A stretch of DNA of 64,000 nucleotides from a virus: positions 5,336-69,335 of the IMG/VR virus record IMGVR_UViG_3300046010_010555. The stretch is one strand, 5' to 3'. The notes below the pieces were generated by a model. It saw only the letters and a program-made list of their open reading frames with translations. It had not been told where the DNA came from and ran no database searches. The translations under genes were made by a program, and so were the position numbers. This document shows, piece after piece, positions 26,328 through 35,879 of the stretch (position 1 is the stretch's first letter; every line of letters begins with the position of its first letter).

Positions 26328-27479
26328 ATGAGTACAAAAATTACTGACAAGAAGACTGCAGACCAGATAACCAAAGCTATCGCCGCTATCGTTCTCGACG
26401 ATCCGTTTTACGGCTACATGCTACTGCGTCAGGAAATAATCGAAGCTCCTAATTCAGGCACTGCTGCGACAAATGGCTTTCGAATCAGCTACGATCCTGA
26501 GTTTATGAAAAAGCTCTCTTTGGCCGAAATCAAAGGTGTGCTCAAACACGAAGTGATGCACATCGCTTCTATGCATCATTTACGTAGGCAAAATCGAGAC
26601 CCTAAAAAATGGAATATAGCTGCCGACTATGTAATCAATGCTCTTTTAGTGGAAGAGGGAGTGACTCTCCCACAAGGCGTATTGGCCGATGCAAAGTACA
26701 AAGATTTCTCTACCGAGCATGTTTACGAAATACTCCCAGATAATAAAGGCAATGGCGGCAACGACGGCAGTAACGAAAGCGACGTAGGGTGGAACATCGG
26801 CGGTGTTGAAGACGCTCCCGGCATACAAGACCCTGCAACACGCGATCAGATAGAACAAGATACCAAAGTAGATGTTATCCAAGCTGCAAATGCAGCAAAA
26901 CTTATGGGTAAATTACCTGCCCACATCGAGCGACTTGTAGATTCTATTCGAGAGTCCCGCATGCCATGGCGACAAATCCTAGCGAGGTTTTTCCGTGCGA
27001 CCGCAAAAGCTGATTACTCTTGGCTTCGGCCTAACCGTCGTTTTCTCGCTAGCGGATTGTATCTCCCTAGCTTGCATAGTGACTCTCTTGGCCCAGTCGT
27101 GGTCGCTGTGGATACTTCTGGTTCCGTAGGCGGCGAGGAGCTTGAGCAGTTCTTTGGCTGCATCAACGCAATTCTTCGCCAAGCCAAACCCGAAGCTGTT
27201 CATGTTGTTTATTGCGACGCCGAGGTTCAGAACATACAAGTTTTTAGGGAGCGCGACTACCCAATCAAGCTTAATTCGTTTAAGCCCAAAGGCGGTGGCG
27301 GTACCGATTTCAGACCTGTGTTCAAGTACGTAAAAGATAAACGGCTCAACCCCGAAGTGCTGCTGTATCTCACTGATATGCACGGTGCTTTTCCGTCCAC
27401 TCCATCTAGATTTCCGACTATCTGGTGTGCGACGTCTAAAGAAATAGGCCCGTTTGGTAAGACTATAGAAATCAAATGA
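26328..27479 (+). CDS. DUF2201-type metallopeptidase-VWA protein
   Basis: HEVMH zincin motif, WNIAAD..IN, VAVDTSGS MIDAS, GGGGTDF.PVF, YLTD. Confidence 0.9.
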   Translation: MSTKITDKKTADQITKAIAAIVLDDPFYGYMLLRQEIIEAPNSGTAATNGFRISYDPEFMKKLSLAEIKGVLKHEVMHIASMHHLRRQNRDPKKWNIAADYVINALLVEEGVTLPQGVLADAKYKDFSTEHVYEILPDNKGNGGNDGSNESDVGWNIGGVEDAPGIQDPATRDQIEQDTKVDVIQAANAAKLMGKLPAHIERLVDSIRESRMPWRQILARFFRATAKADYSWLRPNRRFLASGLYLPSLHSDSLGPVVVAVDTSGSVGGEELEQFFGCINAILRQAKPEAVHVVYCDAEVQNIQVFRERDYPIKLNSFKPKGGGGTDFRPVFKYVKDKRLNPEVLLYLTDMHGAFPSTPSRFPTIWCATSKEIGPFGKTIEIK

Positions 27480-27655
27480 GAGTACCAAAGCTTGGAGTTA
27501 AGAACGGACGCGCCAAGCTTACTAATAACGACATTCTACTAATCAGACAGATGCTGATTAGTAGAACACCAATTCGCGAGATAGCAAAAAAATTTGGTGT
27601 CTCCTCCACAACTATTTTTCGAATTAACCACAAACTTACGTGGGTGCATGTATGA
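27476..27655 (+). CDS. Stand-alone HTH protein resembling the DNA-binding tail of HNH homing endonucleases (59 aa)
   Basis: G.KNGRAKLT..DI..IR...IREIAKKFGVS.TTI.RI....TW.HV; ATGA overlaps at both ends. Confidence 0.65.
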   Translation: MRVPKLGVKNGRAKLTNNDILLIRQMLISRTPIREIAKKFGVSSTTIFRINHKLTWVHV

Positions 27656-28521
27656 ATATAAGACCTTTTCTAAATTTCAAAAATCTCGAAAACAATAATT
27701 TTGATTCCGAAGAGTGTGAATTTGGGATACCGACTGGCAGAGGGTGTTTTATACACAAAGAAGAAAATTATTTTATTGTCTCCTACCGAGGCGCTAGAAT
27801 TTTAGAAATTTACCCTGACGACGTCTACAACCTAATAATCCCTAAATTTTTTTCATGCGGTACTACAACCAGATGGTCTTATTTCTTTTCCCATGCTATT
27901 TTTTCAGCAAAGAGGAAAGTTAGTACGGCTGGAGTAGTATCTTATAAAATATCTTCAGAGTATGGTGGAGAAAAAAATTTCTCTGTGTCTACTACATCTA
28001 GAAAAATTACTCTGGTCATAAATCCAAACACTAATAAAATTTCTCACACAGTTCAAGATACTTCTTGCGAACCAGTAGTTGAAAAAGACGACGCTAAATA
28101 CAAACTGTTTACCGCGCACATGAAAAAACTAAAAATTATTATGCTTACGCAGGCAAAAATGAATTTGTATGATGCCTATAGTGACAGAGGACGCAAACTT
28201 AGTTTTTCGGACGACCCCTATGTTCCTGCAAGCGCTGCTTTGTCAGAAGCATTTAGGCGCTGTGTCGAATGGATAGAAACTCAAGACTCAGATCTTGTAC
28301 CGGAAATAGCTGAGTGTTTTTTGTACAAAAGCTACATAGACTACCGTTGGGACAAGTCGCTCTCTGCAAATATACAGCGGCACTTGCTTCGCGGCTTCAA
28401 AAAAGTTCAAAACCTGTACCTCCGTAACCAGTGCGTTACAATACACGCTCAACATAACTCTCTGAGTCTAAATAATGAGCACCATAAAAACAGTCAGCTT
28501 CTCACGTCTTCAGGACTTTGA
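27652..28521 (+). CDS. Hypothetical protein (AT-rich)
   Basis: ~289-aa coupled ORF. Confidence 0.65.
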   Translation: MNIRPFLNFKNLENNNFDSEECEFGIPTGRGCFIHKEENYFIVSYRGARILEIYPDDVYNLIIPKFFSCGTTTRWSYFFSHAIFSAKRKVSTAGVVSYKISSEYGGEKNFSVSTTSRKITLVINPNTNKISHTVQDTSCEPVVEKDDAKYKLFTAHMKKLKIIMLTQAKMNLYDAYSDRGRKLSFSDDPYVPASAALSEAFRRCVEWIETQDSDLVPEIAECFLYKSYIDYRWDKSLSANIQRHLLRGFKKVQNLYLRNQCVTIHAQHNSLSLNNEHHKNSQLLTSSGL

Positions 28522-29236
28522 AAAATGTCAGCATCTTGCCAAACTCAAATACGTAGAGCGCGTTCCTGAGCCAGAACGCCCTCTTCCTTCAGGTAAAAAA
28601 GAGCATGCTAACGATAGAGGAACTAGAGTGCACGATGCTGCCGAACTATACGTACGCGGCAAAGTAGAGTTGATCTCTGAGCTTGAAGAATTTGAGACTG
28701 ACTTTGACGAGCTAAAACGTCTTTTTGCAGAAGGAGCTGTCTCGCTTGAAGGAGAATGGGCTGTTAATCGCAACTGGGAACCCGTAGCATGGGCTTCTTC
28801 TGACGCATGGTGCCGGATGAAGCTAGACGCCATGGTAAGAACTTCACCGACTTCAGCTCGCGTAATTGACTACAAAACCGGCAAACGCTATGGGAACGAG
28901 GTTAAACACACCGAGCAAGGTCAGGTGTATCAGCTAGCTACGTTTTTACGTTTTCCAGAACTAGAACATATAGTTGTCGAGTTTTGGTACACAGATTTAG
29001 GAGAAAAAGATTTCAAAGTCTACACCAGAGCACAAGGTACATCATATTTTGATAAATACGACGCTCGCTTTGCTTCAGTAACCGAATGCACTGAATTTAA
29101 ACCCAACCCCAATGCATTTTCATGCAAATGGTGTCCCTACAAAGGAAACGCATGTGAATACGGACTCACGGGAGTGCCCAACAATTCGGCACAGGCTCGC
29201 ATTAAGCAGTCTAAACGAGAATATACAATTAGATGA
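28475..29236 (+). CDS. PD-(D/E)XK (RecB/Cas4-like) exonuclease
   Basis: SFSRL..FE.C, RGT.VH, LD...VIDYKTG, Q..Y, C.WCPY...C. Confidence 0.85.
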   Translation: MSTIKTVSFSRLQDFEKCQHLAKLKYVERVPEPERPLPSGKKEHANDRGTRVHDAAELYVRGKVELISELEEFETDFDELKRLFAEGAVSLEGEWAVNRNWEPVAWASSDAWCRMKLDAMVRTSPTSARVIDYKTGKRYGNEVKHTEQGQVYQLATFLRFPELEHIVVEFWYTDLGEKDFKVYTRAQGTSYFDKYDARFASVTECTEFKPNPNAFSCKWCPYKGNACEYGLTGVPNNSAQARIKQSKREYTIR

Positions 29237-29237
29237 T

Positions 29238-29447
29238 TTGGCAAAAATGCTTTCCTTTGCTTGCAAAGAAGCTCGCATTGAAGGGCATGAACCAATGTTT
29301 GATCCAGCAGTGGCTATCATTGCTGGTCGTATCGGACTGTTCTCTCCCACAGACACCATGTCTTATGAAACATGGTCTTCTCTGGTCTCTATATGTGAAG
29401 AAGGCCTAACTGCCAAAATAGTTATTTCTAACAACGCGGTCCAATAG
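29238..29447 (+). CDS. Hypothetical protein
   Basis: Fills the gap between nuclease and helicase; start uncertain. Confidence 0.4.
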   Translation: MAKMLSFACKEARIEGHEPMFDPAVAIIAGRIGLFSPTDTMSYETWSSLVSICEEGLTAKIVISNNAVQ

Positions 29448-29469
29448 GCCGCGTTTTTCATGAGGTCTT

Positions 29470-30876
29470 ATGAAAACCCTTCCTCTTTTTGACCACCAAC
29501 GCCAATCATTGGAGTTTATTCGTGAGCGATCTAGAGTCTTTGATGCGAGCGATCCGGGCACTGGAAAGACACGCGTCGCTATTGAATCGTTCAGCGAACG
29601 ACGTCTACGTGGCGGAGGTGCGGCGCTTATTATTGCTCCAAAATCTCTCCTTAAAGCAGCATGGCAAACTGACATACGAAAGTTTGCGCCTCATCTCAAA
29701 ACATCAGTCGCTTATTCGGAAAACAGAGATGCTGCTTTTGCTGCTGAAGCAGACTGCTACATCACAAATCATGACGCGGTCAAATGGCTACTTAAACAAA
29801 AAGCGCCGTTTTTCAAAAACTTCGATACGCTTATTATTGATGAAATCGGGGCGTTCAAACATAGCACGAGCCAGCGCAGTAAAGCGCTCAACAAAATCAA
29901 AAAATACTTTTCCCATCGGTTAGGTATGAATGGCACACCGACACCTAACTCAGTCACTGAGCTGTGGAATCAGCTTTTTGTCATTGACGACGGTGCTCGG
30001 CTGGGTCCTAGCTTTTTTGGTTTTCGTGCTGCAGTCTGCAAACCACAGCAGACCGGTCCTTCTGCTTCTATGCTTAAGTGGATCGACAAAGAAGGCGCAT
30101 CAAATGCAGTGACTAAGCTGATTGAAGACATTACAATACGCCACAAATTTGAAGACTGCATCGACATTCCGGAAAATCACAAGTACGCAGTTCCTTACGA
30201 ATTGTCTCCGACACAACGTAGCGCGTACGACCAGATGGAGAGAGATCAGATTTCTCTGTTGTTCGGCTCCATTGAAAGTGCGGTAAGGAGCAAATTTACT
30301 AAAGAAGCACCTACAAAAGTAGTTTCGGCTGTGAACGCTGCTGTAGCGGCAACTAAACTTTTACAAATAGCTTCTGGAGCAGTCTATGAGGATTCTGATA
30401 CTTACCATCTCATCGATACTGGTCGCTATAATCTTGTTCTTGATATTGCCGAAGAAAGAAAACACTCCGTCATCTTTTTCCTCTGGAAACATCAAAAAGA
30501 TTATCTTATCGCAGAAGCAGAAAAACGCGGATTAACGTACTGCGTTATAGACGGTTCAGTCAATATAACTAAAAGAAATGAAGACGTTGATTATTTCCAA
30601 AAAGGATTATATCGCCTTTGTTTTGTACATCCTCAGTCTGGTGCGCACGGTCTTACACTGACTAGAGGTACAACTACCATCTGGCCTAGCCCCACATACA
30701 ACCTTGAGCATTATCAACAAGGTCTTAAGCGTATCTATCGAGCAGGACAGACACAAAAAACTGAAACAATCACTATTGTAGCTAACGGAACAATCGAAGA
30801 TCGAGTGTGGGCAGCGTTACAAAATAAAAGTGTGCGTATGGAAGATTTACTAAGTCAATTGGAGAATACAAAGTAA
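29470..30876 (+). CDS. SNF2-like SF2 helicase
   Basis: DPGTGKT, IIDE, NGTP.PN, GAHGLTL, Q...RIYRAGQ. Confidence 0.9.
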   Translation: MKTLPLFDHQRQSLEFIRERSRVFDASDPGTGKTRVAIESFSERRLRGGGAALIIAPKSLLKAAWQTDIRKFAPHLKTSVAYSENRDAAFAAEADCYITNHDAVKWLLKQKAPFFKNFDTLIIDEIGAFKHSTSQRSKALNKIKKYFSHRLGMNGTPTPNSVTELWNQLFVIDDGARLGPSFFGFRAAVCKPQQTGPSASMLKWIDKEGASNAVTKLIEDITIRHKFEDCIDIPENHKYAVPYELSPTQRSAYDQMERDQISLLFGSIESAVRSKFTKEAPTKVVSAVNAAVAATKLLQIASGAVYEDSDTYHLIDTGRYNLVLDIAEERKHSVIFFLWKHQKDYLIAEAEKRGLTYCVIDGSVNITKRNEDVDYFQKGLYRLCFVHPQSGAHGLTLTRGTTTIWPSPTYNLEHYQQGLKRIYRAGQTQKTETITIVANGTIEDRVWAALQNKSVRMEDLLSQLENTK

Positions 30877-31511
30877 TGAGTGAAGTAAAACTTGTCTGGA
30901 TTACTCCAGATGCCGAGGATTTGATTGCTTACATGGCACGCGTCAGCAATCCTCAAAATCAAGACAACCCTGATATTCAAGGGTTGATTGCTTATATGCT
31001 GCGCATGAAGCACGTATCCCCTTTTGAAATGGTTACTGCTGTCTTTGAAATCACAACAACTCGTGACATTTCACGACAAATACTACGACATAGATCTTTT
31101 TCTTTTCAAGAATTTAGCCAGCGCTATCAATCGGTAACTGAGCTACCAGAATGTGAGCTCAAAGAATGCCGTATGCAGGACAATAAAAATCGGCAGAGCA
31201 GCTATCCCTCGCATGATGTCGTTTTAAACAACACTTGGGAAAACATTCAGAAGGCTGTGCAGGATTTAGCTATTGCTGGATACAAAGAAGCTCTTGCTAT
31301 GGGTATAGCCAAAGAACAAGCACGAGCTTTGCTGCCCGAAGGTTTAACAACGACTCGCTTGTATATGAGCGGTACCCTGCGCAGCTGGATACATTACGTC
31401 TTAACGCGTTCAGATCCTAGTACTCAAAAAGAGCATAGAGAGATAGCTAACAAAATAGGCGAAATCATGATTGAGCACATACCTACTGTTTGGGAAGCTG
31501 TTCGTAGCTAA
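30876..31511 (+). CDS. thyX: FAD-dependent thymidylate synthase
   Basis: H.SPFE, RHRSFSFQEFSQRY ThyX motif, TQKEHR. Confidence 0.95.
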   Translation: MSEVKLVWITPDAEDLIAYMARVSNPQNQDNPDIQGLIAYMLRMKHVSPFEMVTAVFEITTTRDISRQILRHRSFSFQEFSQRYQSVTELPECELKECRMQDNKNRQSSYPSHDVVLNNTWENIQKAVQDLAIAGYKEALAMGIAKEQARALLPEGLTTTRLYMSGTLRSWIHYVLTRSDPSTQKEHREIANKIGEIMIEHIPTVWEAVRS

Positions 31512-31516
31512 TCACA

Positions 31517-33427
31517 ATGAAATATACCCAGATCGTTACGTTGGATTTTGAGACATATTTCTCAAAAACCTATTCTCTAAAATCAAAGGTGTTAAACACT
31601 AGTGAATATATACGACACTCCGAATTTAAAGCGCAGTGCGTCGGCATTAAACTTGGCGACGAACCAGTCAGCTGGTACAGAGATCGACACGTGGATTCAG
31701 CTATTCGCAGTATTGACTGGAGCACCACTGCTCTTCTGTGCCATCACACTGCTTTTGACGGTCTCATTCTTAGTCACCATTACGGGGTTGTGCCTGCGTA
31801 TTATTTGGACACTCTGTCGATGGCCAGAGCGCTTCATTCGAATTCTATTGGTGCTGGACTAGACGAAGTAGCCAAATACTACAAAATAGGTAACAAACTC
31901 CCTAACGTATTGACCAAGACAAAAAATGTTCGGGATCTCCCCGATGATCTAATGGTCAGTCTTGGTCAATATTGTGCAGTAGACGTAGAGCTTTGCCATA
32001 TCCTGTACACAAAAATGATCGAGAACTTTCCAGATAAAGAACTCGATCTTATAGACATGACAACGCGAATGTTCTGCGAGCCTATCCTTGAGATAGATAT
32101 CCCTAGAGTAGAGAAAGCACTACTTCGTGAACAGAAGATAAAAGAGCGCAAGATTTTTGTATCTGGCGTTCCGATGGAGGTTCTTTCGTCTTCAGAAAAG
32201 TTTGCTGCTGCTCTTACAGACTCGGGGCTAGCAGTCATACCTACTAAGATCTCCCCAGCTACAAATAAACTGACCTATGCTTTCAGTAAAACGGATCTCG
32301 ACTTTATCGAACTTGGAAATAGCCCAGATAAAAAAATACGTCGACTCGTCGCTGGACGTCTTGCCGCCAAATCTACTATTGGAGAATCCAGAGCAATCAG
32401 ATTCCTTGAAGCAGGCGCGGAAAAGAAAAAACTCCCAGTCTACTTGCGATACTTCGGAGCTCACACAGGGAGATGGAGTGGAGGTAACAAGATGAATCTT
32501 CAGAACCTAAAACGCGGTGGCGAACTCAGGAAGTCTATTATGGCTCCAGAAGGGCATGTCATTGTCGTAGCAGACTCTTCTCAAATAGAAGTTAGGGTTA
32601 ATGCGTGGTTAGCCGGAGATTTAGAACTTCTTGAGTTGTTTAAGACCGGTGTAGACCCATACATAGTGATGGCTTCTCAAATTTACAGCACTCCATTTGA
32701 GAACATTACTAAGCAGCAAAGGTTTGTTGGCAAGGTAGCCGTATTGGGTTTGGGATATGGGATGGGGTGGAAGAAGTTCAAAAACACGCTTGAGACTGGG
32801 GCTATGGGACCTCCTGTTAGCCTAGATGACAGTGTCTGTAATCGCGCCGTACGTGTTTATCGAAAAAACAGATCCTGTATCGTCGATCTTTGGAAGAAGA
32901 TGGACGGTGTTTTATACGGCCTAGTTAATAAAAGAAAAGGCTCTTTGGGACCTTTAACATATGACGACACGTGCAAAATATGGCTTCCTAATGGTCTGTA
33001 CCTTGAATATCCGTTTATCACAGCTTCGTATGATGATCACACAGAAGAACTGACTGACTATAGATATTATGACTACGAAGACGGTGTTAGACGACTATTA
33101 GGGATCAGAGTAGATGAAAAAAAGGCTCACCGCATATACGGAGGATTACTTACCGAAAATGTAGTTCAGGCACTGGCTCGTATTATCGTCAGCGATCAAA
33201 TGCTAACGATAGGGACGAAGCTAAAGGAGAGGGGAGATCTTGTATCTGGACCTCCATACAGGAGAATTGTCACTATGACGCACGATGAAATTGTAGCGTG
33301 CGTACCAGAAGATGAAGCTGAGCAAACTCTTTCAATGATGATTGATGTTATGAGCACTCCGCCTAACTGGTGTAGCGACCTTCCTCTTGGCGCGGAAGGA
33401 GGATTCGACCGCGTTTATAGCAAATAG
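31517..33427 (+). CDS. Family A DNA polymerase with 3'-5' exonuclease
   Basis: LDFETY exo I, HTGRWSG, NLQNL, ADSSQIEVR motif A, RFVGKVAVLGLGYG motif B, HDEIV motif C. Confidence 0.95.
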   Translation: MKYTQIVTLDFETYFSKTYSLKSKVLNTSEYIRHSEFKAQCVGIKLGDEPVSWYRDRHVDSAIRSIDWSTTALLCHHTAFDGLILSHHYGVVPAYYLDTLSMARALHSNSIGAGLDEVAKYYKIGNKLPNVLTKTKNVRDLPDDLMVSLGQYCAVDVELCHILYTKMIENFPDKELDLIDMTTRMFCEPILEIDIPRVEKALLREQKIKERKIFVSGVPMEVLSSSEKFAAALTDSGLAVIPTKISPATNKLTYAFSKTDLDFIELGNSPDKKIRRLVAGRLAAKSTIGESRAIRFLEAGAEKKKLPVYLRYFGAHTGRWSGGNKMNLQNLKRGGELRKSIMAPEGHVIVVADSSQIEVRVNAWLAGDLELLELFKTGVDPYIVMASQIYSTPFENITKQQRFVGKVAVLGLGYGMGWKKFKNTLETGAMGPPVSLDDSVCNRAVRVYRKNRSCIVDLWKKMDGVLYGLVNKRKGSLGPLTYDDTCKIWLPNGLYLEYPFITASYDDHTEELTDYRYYDYEDGVRRLLGIRVDEKKAHRIYGGLLTENVVQALARIIVSDQMLTIGTKLKERGDLVSGPPYRRIVTMTHDEIVACVPEDEAEQTLSMMIDVMSTPPNWCSDLPLGAEGGFDRVYSK

Positions 33428-33463
33428 GAATACTTGTACACTTACTAATGAGAAAACAAGCTT

Positions 33464-33835
33464 ATGAGCACTACACAAGATTTGTTACAATCACTTTGTG
33501 ACTTGCATCGAATAGAAAAAGAGCTTAACGCAAAGGTTAAAGCTACTAAGAAAAGCATTGCTCTCCTAGAGCTTGAGCTTATGAGAGCGATGGACAACGA
33601 CGGTATTACAGAGACCGGCAACAAAGCTATCGGAAAAGTTGTGTTGTCAGAATCTGTCTATCCCCAAGTTGAAAACTGGGATGAATTTGGCGACTACATA
33701 ATCACCAACAGATATATTCATCTTCTTGAACGTAGACCGGCTGTGCTGGCTTATCGAGAATTACTCAATCTAGGCCGCGTAGTTCCGGGTACACTACCGT
33801 TCACAAAACGTAAACTTTCATTCAAGGAATCCTAA
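33464..33835 (+). CDS. Conserved phage replication-module protein (N-terminal coiled coil)
   Basis: V.NWDEF..YI.....HLLERR..VPG motif; lies between polymerase and SSB-like gene. Confidence 0.6.
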   Translation: MSTTQDLLQSLCDLHRIEKELNAKVKATKKSIALLELELMRAMDNDGITETGNKAIGKVVLSESVYPQVENWDEFGDYIITNRYIHLLERRPAVLAYRELLNLGRVVPGTLPFTKRKLSFKES

Positions 33836-33839
33836 TACA

Positions 33840-34550
33840 ATGAGCACTGATTTAACGGCTATTTCTAACAACCTTCCCGACGACATTCGTGCTTCTCTTG
33901 CAGCGGAAATTGCTGCAGATATAGGTCGTATTGGCTCTACTGGCGGCAAAGACGTTATACGTATTACTAACAGAAAGACGTTTGAGCTCCCCAACGGTGA
34001 TTCTGTTAACGAGCTCAACGCAGTCATCGTAGATTTTGTGTATCGCAACAAATACTACCTAACTGCATACAATGCCAAAAAGATAGAGTCTCCCGCGTGC
34101 TTTGCTATCTCCGAATCAGCTTCGGGAATGGCTCCTTCGCCAAACTCACCGCTGCAGCAAGGCGATATGTGCACGACGTGTCAGCAAAATCAATTCGGTT
34201 CTAGCCCTACCGGCGAAGGCAAAGCATGCAAAAACACTGTACTGCTAGCTGTTTTGCCAACTGACGCAACAGACGATACTCCAATCTGGTTAATCGAATC
34301 ATCTCCAACGGCAATCAAGCACTTTAACTCGTACGTTACTAAAGTAGCTCGTACTGCCAAAGTACCGATTAACGCGGTCACTACAAAAATCTTCTTCGAC
34401 CCTGATAGTACGTACGCATCTTTGCGTTTTGAAGCCGAAGCTATCAATCCAATCTACGAACTGACAAGACAACGTCGTGACGAAGCCAACGATCGGCTCA
34501 AACAAGAGCCCGACGTGTCCGGATTCGAACTTCCGGCCTCAAAGCGGTAA
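33840..34550 (+). CDS. Putative ssDNA-binding or annealing protein
   Basis: P.CFA, C..C..NQFGS....GKACKN motif typical of phage SSB-like proteins next to PolA; own terminator. Confidence 0.55.
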   Translation: MSTDLTAISNNLPDDIRASLAAEIAADIGRIGSTGGKDVIRITNRKTFELPNGDSVNELNAVIVDFVYRNKYYLTAYNAKKIESPACFAISESASGMAPSPNSPLQQGDMCTTCQQNQFGSSPTGEGKACKNTVLLAVLPTDATDDTPIWLIESSPTAIKHFNSYVTKVARTAKVPINAVTTKIFFDPDSTYASLRFEAEAINPIYELTRQRRDEANDRLKQEPDVSGFELPASKR

Positions 34551-34576
34551 TCTTTTCCTTAGCAGTCGCACCCCTT

Positions 34577-34603
34577 GCCCCGATTCTCCGTCGGGGCTTT
34601 TTT
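34577..34603 (+). terminator. Intrinsic terminator
   Basis: GCCCCGA/TCGGGGC stem plus T6. Confidence 0.8.
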
Positions 34604-34612
34604 ATTCTCCTT

Positions 34613-34825
34613 ATGTCCCCATCCACATCACGTAAGTTATTTCATGCTCTTTGGCTTGCTGACGTGCGCTTCTATTTAACAGGAGAGGAACATAAGCCGT
34701 ATCTTCAAAAATTAGCTACTAAGCACATAGGAGAAACAAAAAGAGAACTTCTTCGTGTTGCTTCTCTGGGAAAGGATATCCCTAAATTTTTAGACATATT
34801 TTTCCAAGAGGTACTTGATGAATGA
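34613..34825 (+). CDS. Hypothetical protein
   Basis: 70-aa ORF. Confidence 0.5.
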   Translation: MSPSTSRKLFHALWLADVRFYLTGEEHKPYLQKLATKHIGETKRELLRVASLGKDIPKFLDIFFQEVLDE

Positions 34826-35351
34826 CGTAATGGTCGATATAGAAACACTCAATACAGCTGCAAACTCTATAGTGCTATCTGTCGCAGCAGTTCGATTTGA
34901 TAGATCGAAACTCGATGTGTTCGGAGAGACTTTTCACGAGCACATAAGCATAGACTCAAACATAAAGTACGGCAGAACGTTCTCCGAATCTACTGTACTG
35001 TGGTGGTTTGAGCAGAGTCTCGAAGCACGAACAGCTATTTCACGAGCTTCTAGAATTCCGCTTGAAGAAGCGGTACTAAGGCTGTCGAAATTTATAAAGA
35101 GGGACGACAGAATATGGGGCAATGGAGCTGCTTTTGATAACGCTATCCTTAGCAGTATGTTCAAGGATGTAGGTATAGAACGTCCTTGGTTATTCAGAAA
35201 CGACATGTGCTACAGGACTCTAAAAGAGCTGTATCCTAATGTTCAAAAGCCTGAATTCATCGGCGTTGCTCACGACGCTTTGGCTGACGCGTATTACCAA
35301 GCAGCCCACACCCAAAGAATATTTGCACGTAAAAATGAGCTCGAAGCCTGA
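34818..35351 (+). CDS. DEDDh 3'-5' exonuclease (Rv2179c/DUF5051-like)
   Basis: VMVDIETL, WGNGAAFD, HDALADA.YQA. Confidence 0.85.
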   Translation: MNDVMVDIETLNTAANSIVLSVAAVRFDRSKLDVFGETFHEHISIDSNIKYGRTFSESTVLWWFEQSLEARTAISRASRIPLEEAVLRLSKFIKRDDRIWGNGAAFDNAILSSMFKDVGIERPWLFRNDMCYRTLKELYPNVQKPEFIGVAHDALADAYYQAAHTQRIFARKNELEA

Positions 35352-35742
35352 AACAACCTACTATCTTGCAGTAAATAAGCTTCTACCTAAGAGTCTTCAC
35401 AAGGAAAAAATGCATAATCCGTACAGAGGAGGTACGGCTGACTTTTGGTATTCAGGAAACTTAGATGATCTGTGGGTAGAGTACAAGTACATAGCAAAAC
35501 TCCCAAAACGAGATGACAGCCCTTGCAAACTTGATTTGTCTCAGCTACAGCTGCAGTGGCTACGTGGTAGACACGATGAAGGTAGGAATGTAGTTGTTAT
35601 TCTAGGAACTCCGTTAGGAAGTTGGGTATATACAGGACTTGAATGGGAGACAAAGCTAGTGACAAGACCTGACATTATTCAAACCGGATTGACTAAACAA
35701 AACGTGGCAAATTACATAAGGAGGAGAACTATGATTACATGA
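35335..35742 (+). CDS. PD-(D/E)XK nuclease, VRR-NUC or resolvase-like
   Basis: GTAD..Y.....WVEYK, LSQLQ..WL. Confidence 0.7.
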   Translation: MSSKPETTYYLAVNKLLPKSLHKEKMHNPYRGGTADFWYSGNLDDLWVEYKYIAKLPKRDDSPCKLDLSQLQLQWLRGRHDEGRNVVVILGTPLGSWVYTGLEWETKLVTRPDIIQTGLTKQNVANYIRRRTMIT

Positions 35743-35852
35743 AACTAATCGGGTTGCTGGCTAAAGCTACACAAATAACGAGCCTTACATACAGGCTCGT
35801 TTTTACATCTGTGATGCTGTATCAGCTTATCAAGACAGCAAGTAAAAAATAA
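35739..35852 (+). CDS. Small hydrophobic peptide (37 aa)
   Basis: ATGA overlap with the upstream gene. Confidence 0.4.
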   Translation: MKLIGLLAKATQITSLTYRLVFTSVMLYQLIKTASKK

Positions 35853-35879
35853 CGGGAGCGTAGGCTCCCACTGGAGCCT

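Noticed and set aside
28475-29236. Cas4 as part of a CRISPR system
   Set aside because: Stand-alone PD-(D/E)XK nuclease in a replication module, which is common in phages; no cas1, cas2 or array
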